Source of the DNA: Mobula hypostoma
Taxonomy: Eukaryota
Assembly (NCBI RefSeq): GCF_963921235.1
Contig: NC_086097.1
Span: 160,830,001-160,894,000, forward strand
DNA length: 64,000 nucleotides
Direction of reading: 5' to 3'
The notes below the pieces were generated by a model. That model had not been told where the DNA came from. It saw nothing but the letters and a program-made list of their open reading frames with translations, and searched no databases. The translations under genes and the position numbers were made by a program. Shown here piece by piece: positions 1-13,200 of this stretch (position 1 is the stretch's first letter; every line of letters starts with the position of its first letter).

Positions 1-219
1 TTAAGGACTCTTTATCTTATTATTTCATGCTCATTATTTATTGCAATTTATTTATATTTGCATTTGCACATTTTGTTGTTCATTGATCCGGTTTACAGTT
101 ATTGTTCTATAGATTTGCTAAGTATGACTGCAGGAAATTAAACCACAGGGTTGTATGATGTGACATATATGCACACGGTTAACAGGTTTTTTACTTTTAC
201 TTTTATTACTTCCACTTGA

Positions 220-2900
220 AAGTGAGTCCATTGTTTGTAGGAACATTTCAATGATGGGACAAGTGAAGTTGAATGAAGTTATCCACTTTGGTTCAAGAGC
301 CAGATGGTTGAGAGGTAATAACTGTTCCTGAACCTGGTGGTGTCAATCCTGAGGCTCCTGTACCTTCTTCCTGATGGTAACCGTGAGAAGACCACATGTC
401 TTGCGTGTTGGTGAGTCCCTGATAATGGACGCTGCTTTCCTGCAACAGCACTTCATATAGATGTGCTCTGGTGAAGAGGTCTTTACTCATGATGCATTGG
501 GCCATATCCACTACTTATAGTAGGATTTTTCATTCAAGGCCAATGGTGTCTCCACACAAAGCTCTGATGCAACCAGTCAATATACACTCCACTACACTTC
601 TATAGGAGTTTGTCAAAGTTTCAGACGTCACGCTGAATCTCTGCGAACTCCTAAGGAAGTAGAGGCACTGCTGTGCTTTCTTCATAATTACATTTACGTG
701 CTGGGCCCAGGGAAAGTCCTCCAAAATAATAACACCAAGGATTTTAAAGTTGCTGACCCTCTCTATCTCTGATCCTCCGATGGGGACTGCCACATAGACC
801 TTTGCTGACATTGAGTGAGAGGTTGTTATAGTGGCACCATTCAGCCAGATTTTCAATCTCCCTCCGAAATGCTGTTTTGTCTTCACCTTTGGTTCAATCC
901 ACAACAGTGGTGTCATCAGCAAACTAGAATATGGTATTGGAGCTGTGCTCAGCCACACAGTCTTAAGTGTAAAGCGAGTAGAGCAGGGGGCTAAGCACAC
1001 AGCCCTGTGGTGCACCTGTGCTGACGGGCAACATGGAGGAGATGTTGTTGCCAATCTGAACTGACTGGGTCTGCAAGTGAAGAAATCGAAGGTCCAATTG
1101 CCCAAAGAGGTACTGAAGCCAAGATCTTGAAGCTTATTGATTAGTTTTGAGGGATGATAGTATTGAATGCAGAGCTGTAGTTGATAAAGGGCATCCTGAT
1201 GTATGTATGTATCTTTGCTGCCTAGATGTTCCAGGGTTCAGTGAAGAGCCTGTGAGTTGGCATCTACTGTTGACCTGGTGCACTGAAAAACAAATTGGAG
1301 TGAATCCAAATCGCTTCTCAGGCAGGAGTGGATATGTTTCATCACCAACCTCTCAAAGCACTTATCATTGTGGATGTAAGTGCTGATGGACGATAGTCAT
1401 TGAGCCAGGTTACCACGGTCTTCTTAGCACGCTTGAAGCAGGTGGGAACGTCAGACTGCCAAACCGAGAGGTAGGCATCTCAGTGAAGACTCCAGCCAGT
1501 TGATTAGCACAGTTTTTAGTACTTGGCCAGATATCCCACCTGGGCTGGATGTATTTTGTGGGTTCACCCTTCTGAAGGCCCACTCACATGTCAGCCTCAG
1601 AGACTGAAATCACAGGATCATTGTGGGTGGTGGGTGTTCGTGATGTTTCTTCCATGTCTTGATGGTCAAAGTGACATCAAAGACATTGGGCTCAACTGGA
1701 AACAAAGCCCTGGTGTTGCCAAAGGTGCTTGATTTAACTTTATAAGAAGTAATAGTATACAAGCCTTGCCGCAACTGTCGAGTATCCTTCATTGATTCAT
1801 GTTTAGCCCAGAGCTGTCACTTTGCCCATGAGATGGCTTTCTAGAGATCGTACCTGGACCTCTTGTAATTTTCTTGGTCACCAGACTTGAATGCCTCTGA
1901 TCTAGCCCTCAGCAGATTGCAGCTCTTATGGTCATTCTGGGCTTCTCATTGCAGAAGATTGAATGATTTTGTGGAGACACTCTCATCTACAACTATATTA
2001 ATAAAAGCCTGTGACAAACATGGTGTATTCATTCAGATCCACTGATGAGTCCTTAAACACAGCCCAGTCCACTGACTCAAAATAATCCTGTAGCGACTCC
2101 TCTACCTCCCATGACTGTCTCTTTGTTGTCCTAACCTCTGGAGCTTTACTCTATCATGTGCTTGTATGCGGGTAGGAGGACAGCCAATTGATCCGATTTT
2201 ACTGAAATGTGGTCTGGGCATGGAATGGTAGACATTCCTTATTTTAGTGTAATAGTGGTCTCATGTGTTGGGACCTCTGGTGCTACAGGTTATATGCTGA
2301 TGGTAATTAGGCAGGGATTTCTTCAAACAAGCTTAGTTGAAGACCCTGACAATGATTTGAAGTACATCAGCATGAACTGTTTCTTGTTTGAAGGTGGCAT
2401 CATACAGTATTTCAAGTGCTTGGTTATAGTTGGCTATAGTTATATTATGTAAACTGCAATCAGGATGATGTACCCCCTAGGTAAATAGAATGCACTGCAT
2501 TTGACCATTTGGTGTTCAAGTTCAGAAGATCATGAGTTTGACAAAACCACCACGTTGGAGCACCACTGAGAGTTTATCATAAAAACACACCCCTCCACCT
2601 TTTGCCTTTTCCAAATCAACAGTTCTATCCATTCTGTAAACTGAGAAAACTTACGGTCTGATCACTGGATCTGGCGTGCAGGGAGAAAGCCAAATCTTGC
2701 TCAGACATGAAATACAACAATCTTCCATTTCCCCCTGATACAGCAATCTTGCCCTCAGGTCTCAATTTGCTCTCCAGCGACAGCACATTTGCCAATGAGA
2801 TGTTGGCTAGAGGGGGCCTCATCCTTTGACATTTCAGTCTGGCTTGGAGTTCACCCCCCCCCCCTTCCCCCTGGCTTCTAGCCATGGCAATGAACTTTCG
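220..2900 (-). mobile_element. Decayed, near full-length Rex1/Babar-type LINE
   Basis: Minus-strand ORF fragments include an APE N-terminus-like 'RPPLANISLANVLSLESK' (~2800) and a Rex1-type C-terminus 'IERVSNFKILGVII.ED..W..H...KKAQQCLYFLR...YRSVVECILTGCI' (530-800). Many stops and frameshifts; boundaries approximate. Confidence 0.75.
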
Positions 2901-4554
2901 TTCACATAAAGGTGCACCAAGTCCTTCAGATGATCATGAAATCTGTAGATCATTAAGTTGATTTAACAGTACATTGCTTGGAGGGAAATTACATGTGGCA
3001 GATTACACTGAGAGTAATTCATAAGGAGTTTGTTTAAAAGTATTGTATGTAGCCCTCAGAACATCACTGAGTTTCACCAGCTCCCATCTTGATACATAAA
3101 TATCTAAAAAGTATATAACAGTATCCCATTTGAGCTGGTAGACAGAAAAGAAATAGATTAACGATGAAATGATTTAGCTTCTTTCTGTCTCCTCCTTTAG
3201 AATGGTTTCCTTAGAGATGTTGGATTGCACAGCACGGTTAGAGCAGTGGTGATGCCAGGCAGAAAATGGAATGCTTCTCTTGCAGGATGTGGGAAGGCAG
3301 GGAGACCTCCAGTGTCCTTGATATACCTTCAAGCTGATCGTCCAGCAGCTTATTTCAGACCATGTTAAAGAATTAGAGCTGGAGCTGGATGAACTTCAGA
3401 TCATTTGGAAGGCTGAAGGGTTGATTGACAGGAAATATAGGGTGGTAGTTAAACACAAGGTGCAGGACGCAGATAACTCGATAACCATCAGGAGCATGAA
3501 AGGGGATAGGCTGCTAGTGAAGAGTACCCCTATGGCTGTTCCCGTTAATATACCACTTCAGATACTGTTGGTGGGAGAGAGCATGACCTATCAGAAGAAA
3601 GCCACAGTGGTGGTCAGGTCTCAGACACTGAGTCCAGCTGTGTAGCTCAGAATGGGAGAGGAGAGAAGAGGTGAACAGTAGTGATAGCAGAGTCATTGGT
3701 TAGGGGAACAGACAGGAGGTTCAATGGACAAGAACTAAATTCACGGGTGGTATGCTGCCTCCTGGGTGCTAGGGTCAGGGACATCTTGAATCAAGTCCAC
3801 AGCATTCCTAAGTGGGAGGGTGAGCAGCCAGAGGTCATGGTCTATATCAGTACCAATGACATGGGTAGGAAGGGTGACGAGGTCCAGCAAGGAGATTTCA
3901 TGGAGTTTGGTGCTAAGTTAAAGAACAAGACCTCCAGGGCTGTCATCTTATGATTGCTACCCGTGCCACATGCTAGTGAGACCAGAAATAGGGAGATCAT
4001 GTACTTCAACATGTGGCTAAGGAGTTGGTGTGGGAGTGGGGGTGGGGGGGCTTCAGGTTTCCAGATTATTGGGCTCTCTTCCGGGAAAGGTGAGACCTAT
4101 ACAGACAGAGCAGTTTTCACCTGAACTGGAGGGGGAGCTAATATTCTTGCGTAAAGATGTGTTAGTGCTGCATGGTCGGGGAGGGGAACGTTGGGGTTTC
4201 ACCTAGAGCTTCAGGAGGGTGGAAACCAGAGTGCCAGAGCAGATGGAGGAGTGGTTGTGGGGAACTTTGATGTTAAGCCTACATACAAAGTCAGGAATCA
4301 AAATGCTGAGCGTGGTGGGACGAATGTTCTGAGTTGTGTATTCAAATCAAGGCGTATTGTAGGAAAGGCAAATAAGCTCAGGGCATAAATCAAGACATGG
4401 AATTATGATATTGAGCCATTAGTGATATGGTTGCAGGAGGGGCAGGTTCTGTTGTTTTAGATGCGATAGAGTGGGAGGGATTAAAGTGGGAGGGGTGGCA
4501 TACTGGTCAGGGGAAATGTCACAGCTGTGCTCAGACAGGACGAACTGGAGAGCT

Positions 4555-4680
4555 CCTACACCCACACCTCCTCCCTCACTACCATTCAGGGTCCTTTCAC
4601 GTGACGCGACACTTCACCTGTAAGTCTGTCGGGGTCATATACTGTGCTCGGTGCTCTCGGTGTGGTCTCCTGTATCTCCT
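4555..4680 (+). mobile_element. Short internal Penelope fragment (GIY-YIG region) within the CR1
   Basis: Encodes 'FHVTRHFTCKSVGVIYCARCSRCGLL', near-identical to the Penelope segment at 62530-62600. Confidence 0.8.
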
Positions 4681-5765
4681 ATTAGTGAAGGAGACAAGGG
4701 AGGTGACAGAAGTCTGTGTAGGGGAACACTTTGCATTTAGTGATCATAATACCATTAATTATGGAGAAAGGTAGGTCTTGTCCTCTGGTTGAGATTCTAA
4801 ATTGGAGAAAGGCCAGTTTAGTTGGTATCTGAAAGGCTCTGGCAAGTGTAGACTGAGAAGGTTGTTTTCTGACAAAGGTGTTATTGGTCAGTATGAGGCC
4901 ATCAAAAGTGAAATTTTGAGAGCATGAGTGTATGTTCGGTATAAAGGCAAGGATGACAGGTTTTGGAAACCTTGCTTTTTGAGGGATTAGGAGGCTCTGC
5001 TTAAGAAAAAGAAGGAGGTATATAGCAGGTATAGGCAGGAAGGAGCAAATGAGGTACTTGAGTATAAGAAATACAAGAGAACACTTAAGAAGGAAATAAG
5101 TAGGGCTAAAAGAAGGCATGAGGTTATACTAGCAGGCAAGCTGAAGGAGAATCCCAAGGGCTTATACAATATATTAAGAGCAAAATGATAACGAGGGACA
5201 GGATTGGTCTCTGGCAGATCAGAATGGCCATCCATGCATGGAGCCAAAAGAGATGGGAGAGATCTTAAATGGATTTTTCGCTCTTGTATTTACATGGGAG
5301 ATGGACACAGAGTCTATAGAATTGAGGCAAAACAGAAGTGAGATCATGAACTGCATGCATATTACAGAGGAGGAGGCGTCTGCTGCCTGAGGCAAATAAG
5401 GTATACTTTGGGCCCTGTGGGAGGCTAGTGCAGAAATTGCAGGGGCCCTGGCTGAGCTGTTTAAAATGTCCTTAGCCAGTGAAGTGTGAAGCATTGGAGG
5501 ATAGCTAATGTACCATTGTTTAAGAAAGGCTTTAAGAATAAGAAATTATAGGTCAATGAGCCTGACATCAATTGTGGGTAAGTTATTGGAGGATATTCTA
5601 AGGGACTGGATAGACAAGTATTTCACTAAACAGGGACTGATTAGGGATAGTCAACATGACTTTGTGCATGGTAGGTCATGTCTAACCAATCTTATAAAGT
5701 TTTGTGAGGAAGTTACTCTGAAAGTTGATGAAGACAAGGTAATGGATGTTGTCTACATGGACTTT

Positions 5766-6146
5766 TATGAACATAGAATTCTCCAACTTCCAGTAATTCC
5801 CTCCCCCTCCCTTCACTCTGTCACTCTGCCCCCTCCCCCAGCTGCCTACCACTTCCCTCTTGGTTCTGCCTCCTTCTACTACCCATTGTGTTTTCCCCTA
5901 TTCTTTCTTCACCTTTCCTGCCTATCACCTCCCTGCCTCCCCTCCCCTACCCCTTTATCTTTCCCCTTACTGGTTTTTCACCTGGAACCTACCAGCCTTC
6001 TCCTTCCCACCATCCCCCCACCTTCTTTATAAGGCCTCTGCCCCTTCCCCCTACAGTCCTGACGAAGGGTTCTAGCCCAAAACGTCGACCGATCTTTTCC
6101 ACTGATGCTGCCCTACCTGCTGAGTTCCTCCAGTGTGTTGTGAGTG
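5766..6146 (+). mobile_element. Penelope-like 3' end (pLTR) inserted in the CR1 RT
   Basis: 13-bp direct repeat CTACATGGACTTT at 5753-5765 and 6147-6159. Starts with the 'MNIEFSNF*' ORF end and carries a degenerate hammerhead (CTGACGA...cccAAAAcgtc). Confidence 0.85.
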
Positions 6147-6736
6147 CTACATGGACTTTAGCAAGGCCTTTGACAAGGTCCCACTTGGGAAGTAGGTCAA
6201 GAAGGTTCAGTCACTTGGCTTTCAAAATGAGGTAGTAAGTTAGATTAGAAAAGATTTGCTTCGTGGGAGAAGCCAGAGATTGTTGCCTTTCTGACTGGAG
6301 TAGTGAGTAGGGGAATGGTGCTGTATCTATTGGTGTTTATCAATTGTATCAATGATCTCGATGATAATGTAGTAAACTGATTCAGAAAATTTGCAGAAGA
6401 CACCAACATTGGGGATGTAGTGGACAGCGAGGAAGACTATCACAGACTGCAGTGGGATCTGGGCCAGCTGGAAAAATGATCTGAAAAAATGGCAGGCAGA
6501 ATTTAATGCAGACAAGAGTGAGGTGTTGTACTTTGTGAAGACAAAGTTCGGACATGTACAGAGAGCGGTACAGCACTGAGGTGTGTGGTAGAACAAATGG
6601 ATCTGGGAATAAAGATCCATAATTTATTGAAAGTGGCATCACATATGTATAGGGTCATAAAGAAAACCTTTGTCACATTGGCCTTCATAAATCTAAGTAT
6701 TGACTACAGGAGTTGTGATGTTATGTCGAAGTTGTA

Positions 6737-6803
6737 CAGTACTGCACGAAAGTCTTTGGCTCACATATGTAGCTAAGGTGCCTCAGACTTTTGCATAGTA
6801 CTA
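6737..6803. mobile_element. Tiny Tc1/mariner-type MITE (hairpin)
   Basis: Imperfect inverted repeat cagtactgcacgaaagtctttggctc / gtgcctcagacttttgcatagtacta, preceded by TA, with a CAGT-type terminus. Confidence 0.6.
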
Positions 6804-9706
6804 TGTATTACACTATACTGCTGCAAAAAAATGACATATGTGAGTAATGTATAAGACATTGGTGAGGCCTAGTTTAGAGTATTGTGTGCAGTTTTGGTCA
6901 CTTACCTACAGGAAAGATGTACAGTAAATAAGATTGAAAGAATGCAGAGAAAATTTACAAGTATGTTGCCAGGACTTGAGGACCTGAGTTATAGGGAAAG
7001 GTTGAATAGGATAGGATTTTATTTCCTAGAGCATAGGAGAATAAAGGGATATTTGACAGAGGTATACAAAGTCATGAGGGGTGTCGACAGAGTAAACGCA
7101 AGCAGACTTTTTCCACTGAGGATGGGTGGGCCTAGAGCTAGAGGTTATGGGTTAAGGGTGAAAGAGAAATGCTTAAAGGGGAGATGAGGGGGAACTTGTT
7201 CACTCTGAGGGTGAATAAGAGTGTGGAATGAATTAGCAACGGTAGTAGTGGATGCAGGTTTAATTTCAACATTTAAGAGAAAATTCTGTGCTATAGTGTT
7301 CTATGACTCTAAGGGTTAAATGGCCTCTCTAACGTTATTAATCAACTGATGATATCTATTTCTCAGTGGAATGGCATTTTCATAATTGTCCTTATTTAAT
7401 TGTAAAACACTAGTTTCAGAAATGAGTTTCACACTCAGAACCTGGAAGTGATATCCCATGCTGCCCCAGATATTCCTTTATAATGGCCATTGACCAAGAG
7501 ACAAGAATTTACCTCCTATCATGACATCCTAATTTAAGTAATTTATTAAATATGGAACAAAAGCTGATCTCACTGACAGTAACCACAACTAGCAGATTGT
7601 TTTAAAAATCCCATTTGATTCGTAAATGTCCTTCAAGAAAAGAATCTGCCGTCTTTATTTGTGAACCAGCATGTGATTTCAAATCCACTCTTAACTGCTA
7701 CTTCATCTTGGAGGAAATTATGGATGGGAAATAAATGCTGGCATTGCTTAATGGAATTCTGTGCATAAATAAAAATGATAATTAATTAATCTTGTCTTAT
7801 TACATTTTTCTAAATTTCTGAAGCCATGATCTTTGTCTCAGAGATTTTTACTTTCTCTAGAATTTCGGCACAGCTTGCTGGACCAGCAGCCGTTCCATGT
7901 CTTTGATTGCTCTTGAGAAGGTTATGGTGAACCAGCTTCTTGAACTGCTGCAATCCTTCTGGTGAAGAAACATACACAGTTCTTTTAGATATGGAGTTCT
8001 TGGACTTGTATCCAGCAACAAAGGGCTGGCAATATATTCCTAAATCAGGGTAGTGTGTAACTTGGGGACGGATCCCATGCAGTGAGTGTATGTCAGTAAT
8101 TATGACTACTGTTGATACAGACACAGGCCAGTGACTGGGGGAGCTGATGGTGATATTTCCATGCAGCCTCTGCCCATTTCTTTTGTAATAGAATATAGAA
8201 GAGAACAGCACAGTATGGGTCCTTCAGCCTATGACGTTGTGCCAACCTTTAAACCTACTCCTCAATCAGCCTGACCCTTCCTACATAGCGCATAATCCTC
8301 CATTTTCTTTTTAATCTGTGTGCCTATTTAAGAGTCTCTTAGATGTCCCTAACGTATCTACCTTTACCACCACACAGTGCCTTCTAGGCTTTTACCACTC
8401 TTTGTGCGAAAATACCTACCTTGACACCTCCTCTAATCTTTCTCCCAATCACCTTAGAGAATATATTCTGACAACAGCCATTGCCACACTGGGCAAAATG
8501 TGCTGGCTTTCCGTTGTGGGTGGCAGACATGCCAACAATGTAGTGAACCAATGTTTATGGTGATGGATAGGGTGGCATTCAAATGGGCCGCTTTGTCCTG
8601 AATGGTGTGGCTTCTTGAGAACTATTGGAGGCATCATACAAGTGGATATTGTTTTATTACTCTACTGACTTGTGCTGGGATGCTGACCAATGTGATGGCA
8701 TGTTAGGAGATGAGTCCAAAACACTGTCCTATTCTCGTATTACAGTATTTGTGTGACTAGCCAGTTGAGATTCACCTCAGCATACTCCCAGGATGTTGAT
8801 GATGGGGGCTCACTGATGGTGGTAGCATTGCAAGTCAGGAGCAGGTGCTAGACTTTTAGATCATAGAACATAGAAATCTACAGCACATTACAGACTCTTC
8901 GGCCCATAATGTTGTGTCGACCATGTAACATACTCCAGAAACTGCCTAGAATTTCCCTACTGCGTAGCCCTCTATTTTTCGAAGTTCCATGTATCCATGT
9001 CTCTTAAAAGACCCTATTGTATCCATCTCCACCACAGCGGCTGGCAGTGCATTCCACGCACCCACCACTGCTACTTTTGTGACATGGTTTTTACTTGTCA
9101 CTCACCAGTCCATGCTTCTTGCTGGAAACCCAAAACAAAATTTCATTCACTGAGAAGTCGCAAATAGGTTTGAATATTACACAATCATCAGTAATCATCT
9201 CACCCTATTGAGGAAGGTAGCTCACTGATAGTTAGGCCTGGGTCATCAACCAGATGAACTTCTGCAACAATGTCCTTGGGCTGGAAAGATTGACCTCAAA
9301 CAACTACAGACACATGTGATCATATAACTCCTGCATTAGAATATTTTCCCCTTGATTTAGATTTAGATTAGATTTAGATTATGAGGACAATAGCTGCCTC
9401 TTGGCTTCAACTTCTTTCAATGTATCTGATGCCACACTAGGTGGATGTTGTCTTGCTGCCAAGAGCAGTCACTCTCACTGTACTCTTGCAGTTCAGCTCC
9501 TTGGTCCAAGGCTTTGATGTGGTCTGGAGCTGAGTGGACCTGGCAAAGCCCAAAACAGGGCAATGCTGAGCAGGTTATAGGTGAGTAGTTAGTGTCTGAT
9601 CACTTTGCTGATGATTGAGAGTAGACTGACTAGGCAGTAATTAGCCACACACATAAAAGTTGCTGGTGAACGCAGCAGGCCAAGCAGCATCTATAGGAAG
9701 AGGCGC

Positions 9707-9742
9707 AGTCGACGTTTCAGGCCGAGACCCTTCGTCAGGACT
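9707..9742 (-). ncRNA. Minimal type-I hammerhead ribozyme in Penelope pLTR
   Basis: Minus strand reads AGTC-CTGACGA-AGG(GTCTCGG)CCT-GAAA-CGTC-GACT: stem I AGTC/GACT, full core, stem II AGG/CCT, palindromic ACGT helix III and a GUC cleavage triplet. Confidence 0.75.
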
Positions 9743-10031
9743 AACTGAAGGAAGAGTGAGTACCAGTTACTCATTTTTATGCACACATTCTTTCTCTCAC
9801 TCTCCTTTTTCTCCCTCTGTCCCTCTAAATATACCTCTTGCCCATCCTCTGGGTCACCCCCCCCTTGTCTTTCTCCCTAGGCCTCCTGTCCCATGATCCT
9901 CTCGTATCCCCTTTTGCCAATCACCTGTCCAGCTCTCGGCTCTATCCCTCCCCCTCCTGTCTTCTCCTATCATTTTGCATCTCCCCCTCCCCCTCCAGCT
10001 TTCAAATCCCTTACTCACTCTTCCTTCAGTT

Positions 10032-10067
10032 AGTTCTGACGAAGGGTCTCGGCCTGAAACGTCGACT
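10032..10067 (+). ncRNA. Minimal type-I hammerhead ribozyme in Penelope pLTR
   Basis: AGTT-CTGACGA-AGG(GTCTCGG)CCT-GAAA-CGTC-GACT. Predicted cleavage after C10063. Confidence 0.72.
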
Positions 10068-10241
10068 GCGCCTCTTCCTATAGATGCTGCTTGGCCTGCT
10101 GCGTTCACCAGCAACTTTGATGTATGTTGCTTGAATTTCCAGCATCTGCAGAATTCCTGTTGTTTGCAGTAATTAGCCAGATTAGATCGAAACTGTTCTT
10201 GTTTTTCTGGGCAGTTTTACACATAGTTAGATAGATGCCAC

Positions 10242-13200
10242 TGTAGGGTAATGTAATGGGTAGAAACATATGCATAATTCACAGCCACTAACATTGAGTT
10301 GGGGATCAGTTTAAGAAGCTATGTCTGACGTGATAGCATAATGACATGAAGGTTTCTACCAAGCTTTACGTTCTGTATTTGGTTGACAAAGTTAGTTGCT
10401 ACTGTTTCCCTTAAGCTTAAAACACCCCTGCCATTTTATTTACGAAAACCTACATTGGTGACACTGATGCTCAAGCACAATTTCAGAGGTATTCAACACG
10501 TCGGCCAACACAGTCTCTTTGAAGGTGCTGGAGTTCTGGAAGCAAAATGTTGTCATTTGGTTTGTACAAGCCGAGGCCTAATTCTCGTTGCGAAAAATAT
10601 CTGTGGATGACACCAGATACTACTATGTAGCTGCGTGCTCAGAAATTCCATGGCAGTGAGAGTGGAGAGTCTGCTTGAACACCCTCCCCTGCACGCTGAA
10701 GACTCGCCTGTTACCATCAGAGTCTGAGAGCGGCAAACAGTTGCTCTCCTTTCCCAGCCTGGGGGATGCTTGGCCTTCGGAGCTAATGGACCACATTCTG
10801 TCTCTCCTGGAAAATCACCATACTTGTTTTATTTGTGCAGCAAATGCCTGATCAAGTTCACACAGCCCTCACTAATACACCCATGAATGACTATAGGGAG
10901 CTTGCTAAAATGGCTGATAGTCTACACTCAGCTAGGCAGAGGTGTACACTTCCTTCTTCTTTCCCTGCCCAGTAAGCCTGGGCAGCAGAGCCTCCAACAC
11001 ATGCACACCCGCGGATGTGAAACAGACAACACCAGGTGAGTACTTTTACCATCATTGCTTTGGTAGGGACGCTAGGAAGTGCAACCATCTTGCAGCTGCG
11101 ACAGTGCCAGTGCATTGGGACATGAGAGGTCTGATGGGACACCATGGGTTCTAGCTGGCAGGATCATCTACCGTTCATCACAAACACCCTTTCAGGGCGA
11201 CGCTTTTTGTGTGACAGGTGGGTGCTTAAGTGAGTGTGCTGCCAGCAGCACCTATTGAACAAAAAGCAAAGAGCAACAAAACCGCAATGGAGGCCGTCAA
11301 CGGCAGTAGGATCCAAACTTACAGGACACGATGTTCTGACATCACACATGAGACTTCACCCTGGCTAAAGTGGCTAGACCTCTGTTTGGCACAGATTTCC
11401 TGTATGACCAAGGACTGTTTGTTGGTCTTAAGAACAGCTGGCTGTGGATGTAAAGGACTTTGGGTTATTGCCCTGCTCCCCCAGTAAGTTCCCCACAGCA
11501 ACTCTGGCAAGTATATGCACCACTGCTTGTGACTTCACTCGACTGCTGGGCAAGTTCCCAAACCTCACCAAGCCCTCATTCTCAACTAGAGTCACGAAAC
11601 ATGGGGGTGAATACAATATTTCCACAACTGACCCACCTGTCCATGCCCACGTGCGTAGACTGAACCCAGAATAGCTGACCACTGCGAATGCTGAGTTTTC
11701 CCACACGGAAAGGCTTGGTATTGTATGCAGGTCAAATAGCCCCTGGTCTTCGCCTTCCACATGGTCTTGAAGCCCAATAGTGATTGCCACCCATGTGGCC
11801 ATTATCAACATCTTAATAAGGTCACCACCCATGATTGTTATCCAATCCCACACATTCAAGTCTTTTCAGCACGTTTCGCCAGAATGTTAAATTTTTCTAA
11901 AGTTGACTTAGTTAGGAGCTACCATCAGGTGCCTGCGTGCTCGGAGGACATTCCCAAAACAGCTGTGATAACCCTGTTTGGCCTCTTTGAGTTTCTGTGC
12001 ATGCCGTTTAGACTGAAAAATGCAATACAGACTGATGGACTCTGTATTAAAAGACTTAGATTTCATTTTTGTTTACCTGGATGACATACTTGTTGCAAGT
12101 GCATCCTAATCTGAACGTGTATCACATCTCCGCACATCTTCTGAGTGCTTAAGCCAATAGGGATTGATTATTAATCCTGCTAAATTCCAGTTTGGATATC
12201 AACCATTGACTTTCTCTGTCATTGCAACTCTGCAGAATGTACACAACCCCTCCCATCAAAAGTTGCCGTTTTATGGATTTCCCAGCACTATACTAAAACT
12301 ACAAGAGTTTTTAGGTATGGTGAATTTTTATCACCATTTCATTCCGCAAGTTGCTGAACTTATGCTCTCCTTGTATAGTGCCCTTAAATACAGTACCCCT
12401 AATTGCGTGCTTGACTGGTCAGCGGACATGACCAGAGTGTTTGATGACACTAAACGAGCTCTTTCCAATGCGACCCTACTGGCACACCCACTCCCCAACG
12501 CACCCATACCCATTATTACTGACACTTCAGACTATGCTGCGGGTGCTGTGCGTGAACAGTTGGTCAGAGGAGTGAGGGTTGAGTGCTAGCAGGCGAAAAT
12601 GACTTGGCATGTTTGGGCACTATTGGCACCTTTTGAGATCCCTGAGCAATGGTTTGACCATATTAATGTGGACCTGGTTAGTCTTCTTCCCCCTCCCCCC
12701 TTGTGGTTTCACACACCTCCTTACCATGGGGGATGATACAACCAGGTGGCTAGATGTTGTCCCTCCAGCATTAATGACGGCCACAGACGTGGCTTGAGTG
12801 TTCAACAGCACCCGCTGATTGCTCGGATTGGCACCCTATCTGATATTTCCTCTGACTTCAGTCCCCAATTCACATCAGACCGCTGATCTGCGATGGCTCG
12901 GAACCTAGGCTTTAGGCTACATCACACCATGGCGTATCACCCAAAGTCCAGTGGCCTATGTGAGCAGTTTCATTGCTCCTTAAAGGCTACTCTGAGGGCT
13001 TCCCTGATGGATGAGTATCAGCATTTTCATCTCCCGAGGGTCCTGCTGTGGCTCTGAATAACACCAGAAGAGGACCTGCAGACATCTATGGCTGAGTTGA
13101 TATATGGGCAGCCATTACCAGTGCCAGGTGATTTTAATCCTGATGCTGCAACTGCCTGATTGGCCTCTCAGCAGCATTCCACCTTCCTCAGTAAACTCAA

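Larger units (their letters stand above)
3180..7300 (+). mobile_element. Decayed near full-length CR1 LINE (ORF1 SGNH-esterase-like; ORF2 APE-RT), interrupted by nested inserts
   Basis: ORF1-like 'SLVRGTDRRF...SRVVCCLLGARVRD' (3681-3953). RT motifs 'NYRSMSLTSIVGKLLE', 'SQHDF..GRSCLTNL', 'DVVYMDF..AFDKV', 'KFAEDT'. CR1 C-terminus 'IERMQRKFTSMLPGLEDLSYRERL'. Confidence 0.85.
9648..10165. mobile_element. Young non-autonomous Penelope insertion made of inverted pLTR copies
   Basis: 14-bp TSD GCAGTAATTAGCCA (9634-9647, 10166-10179). About 115-bp near-perfect inverted arms (~9648-9762 vs ~10011-10127). Confidence 0.9.

Noticed and set aside
9660..10114. Repeated ORFs 'MLVNAAGQAAS.GRG..DVSGRDPSSGLTEGR' (also 29567, 48711)
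   Set aside because: Antisense translations of the non-coding Penelope pLTR. The recurrence reflects repeat copies, not a gene family.
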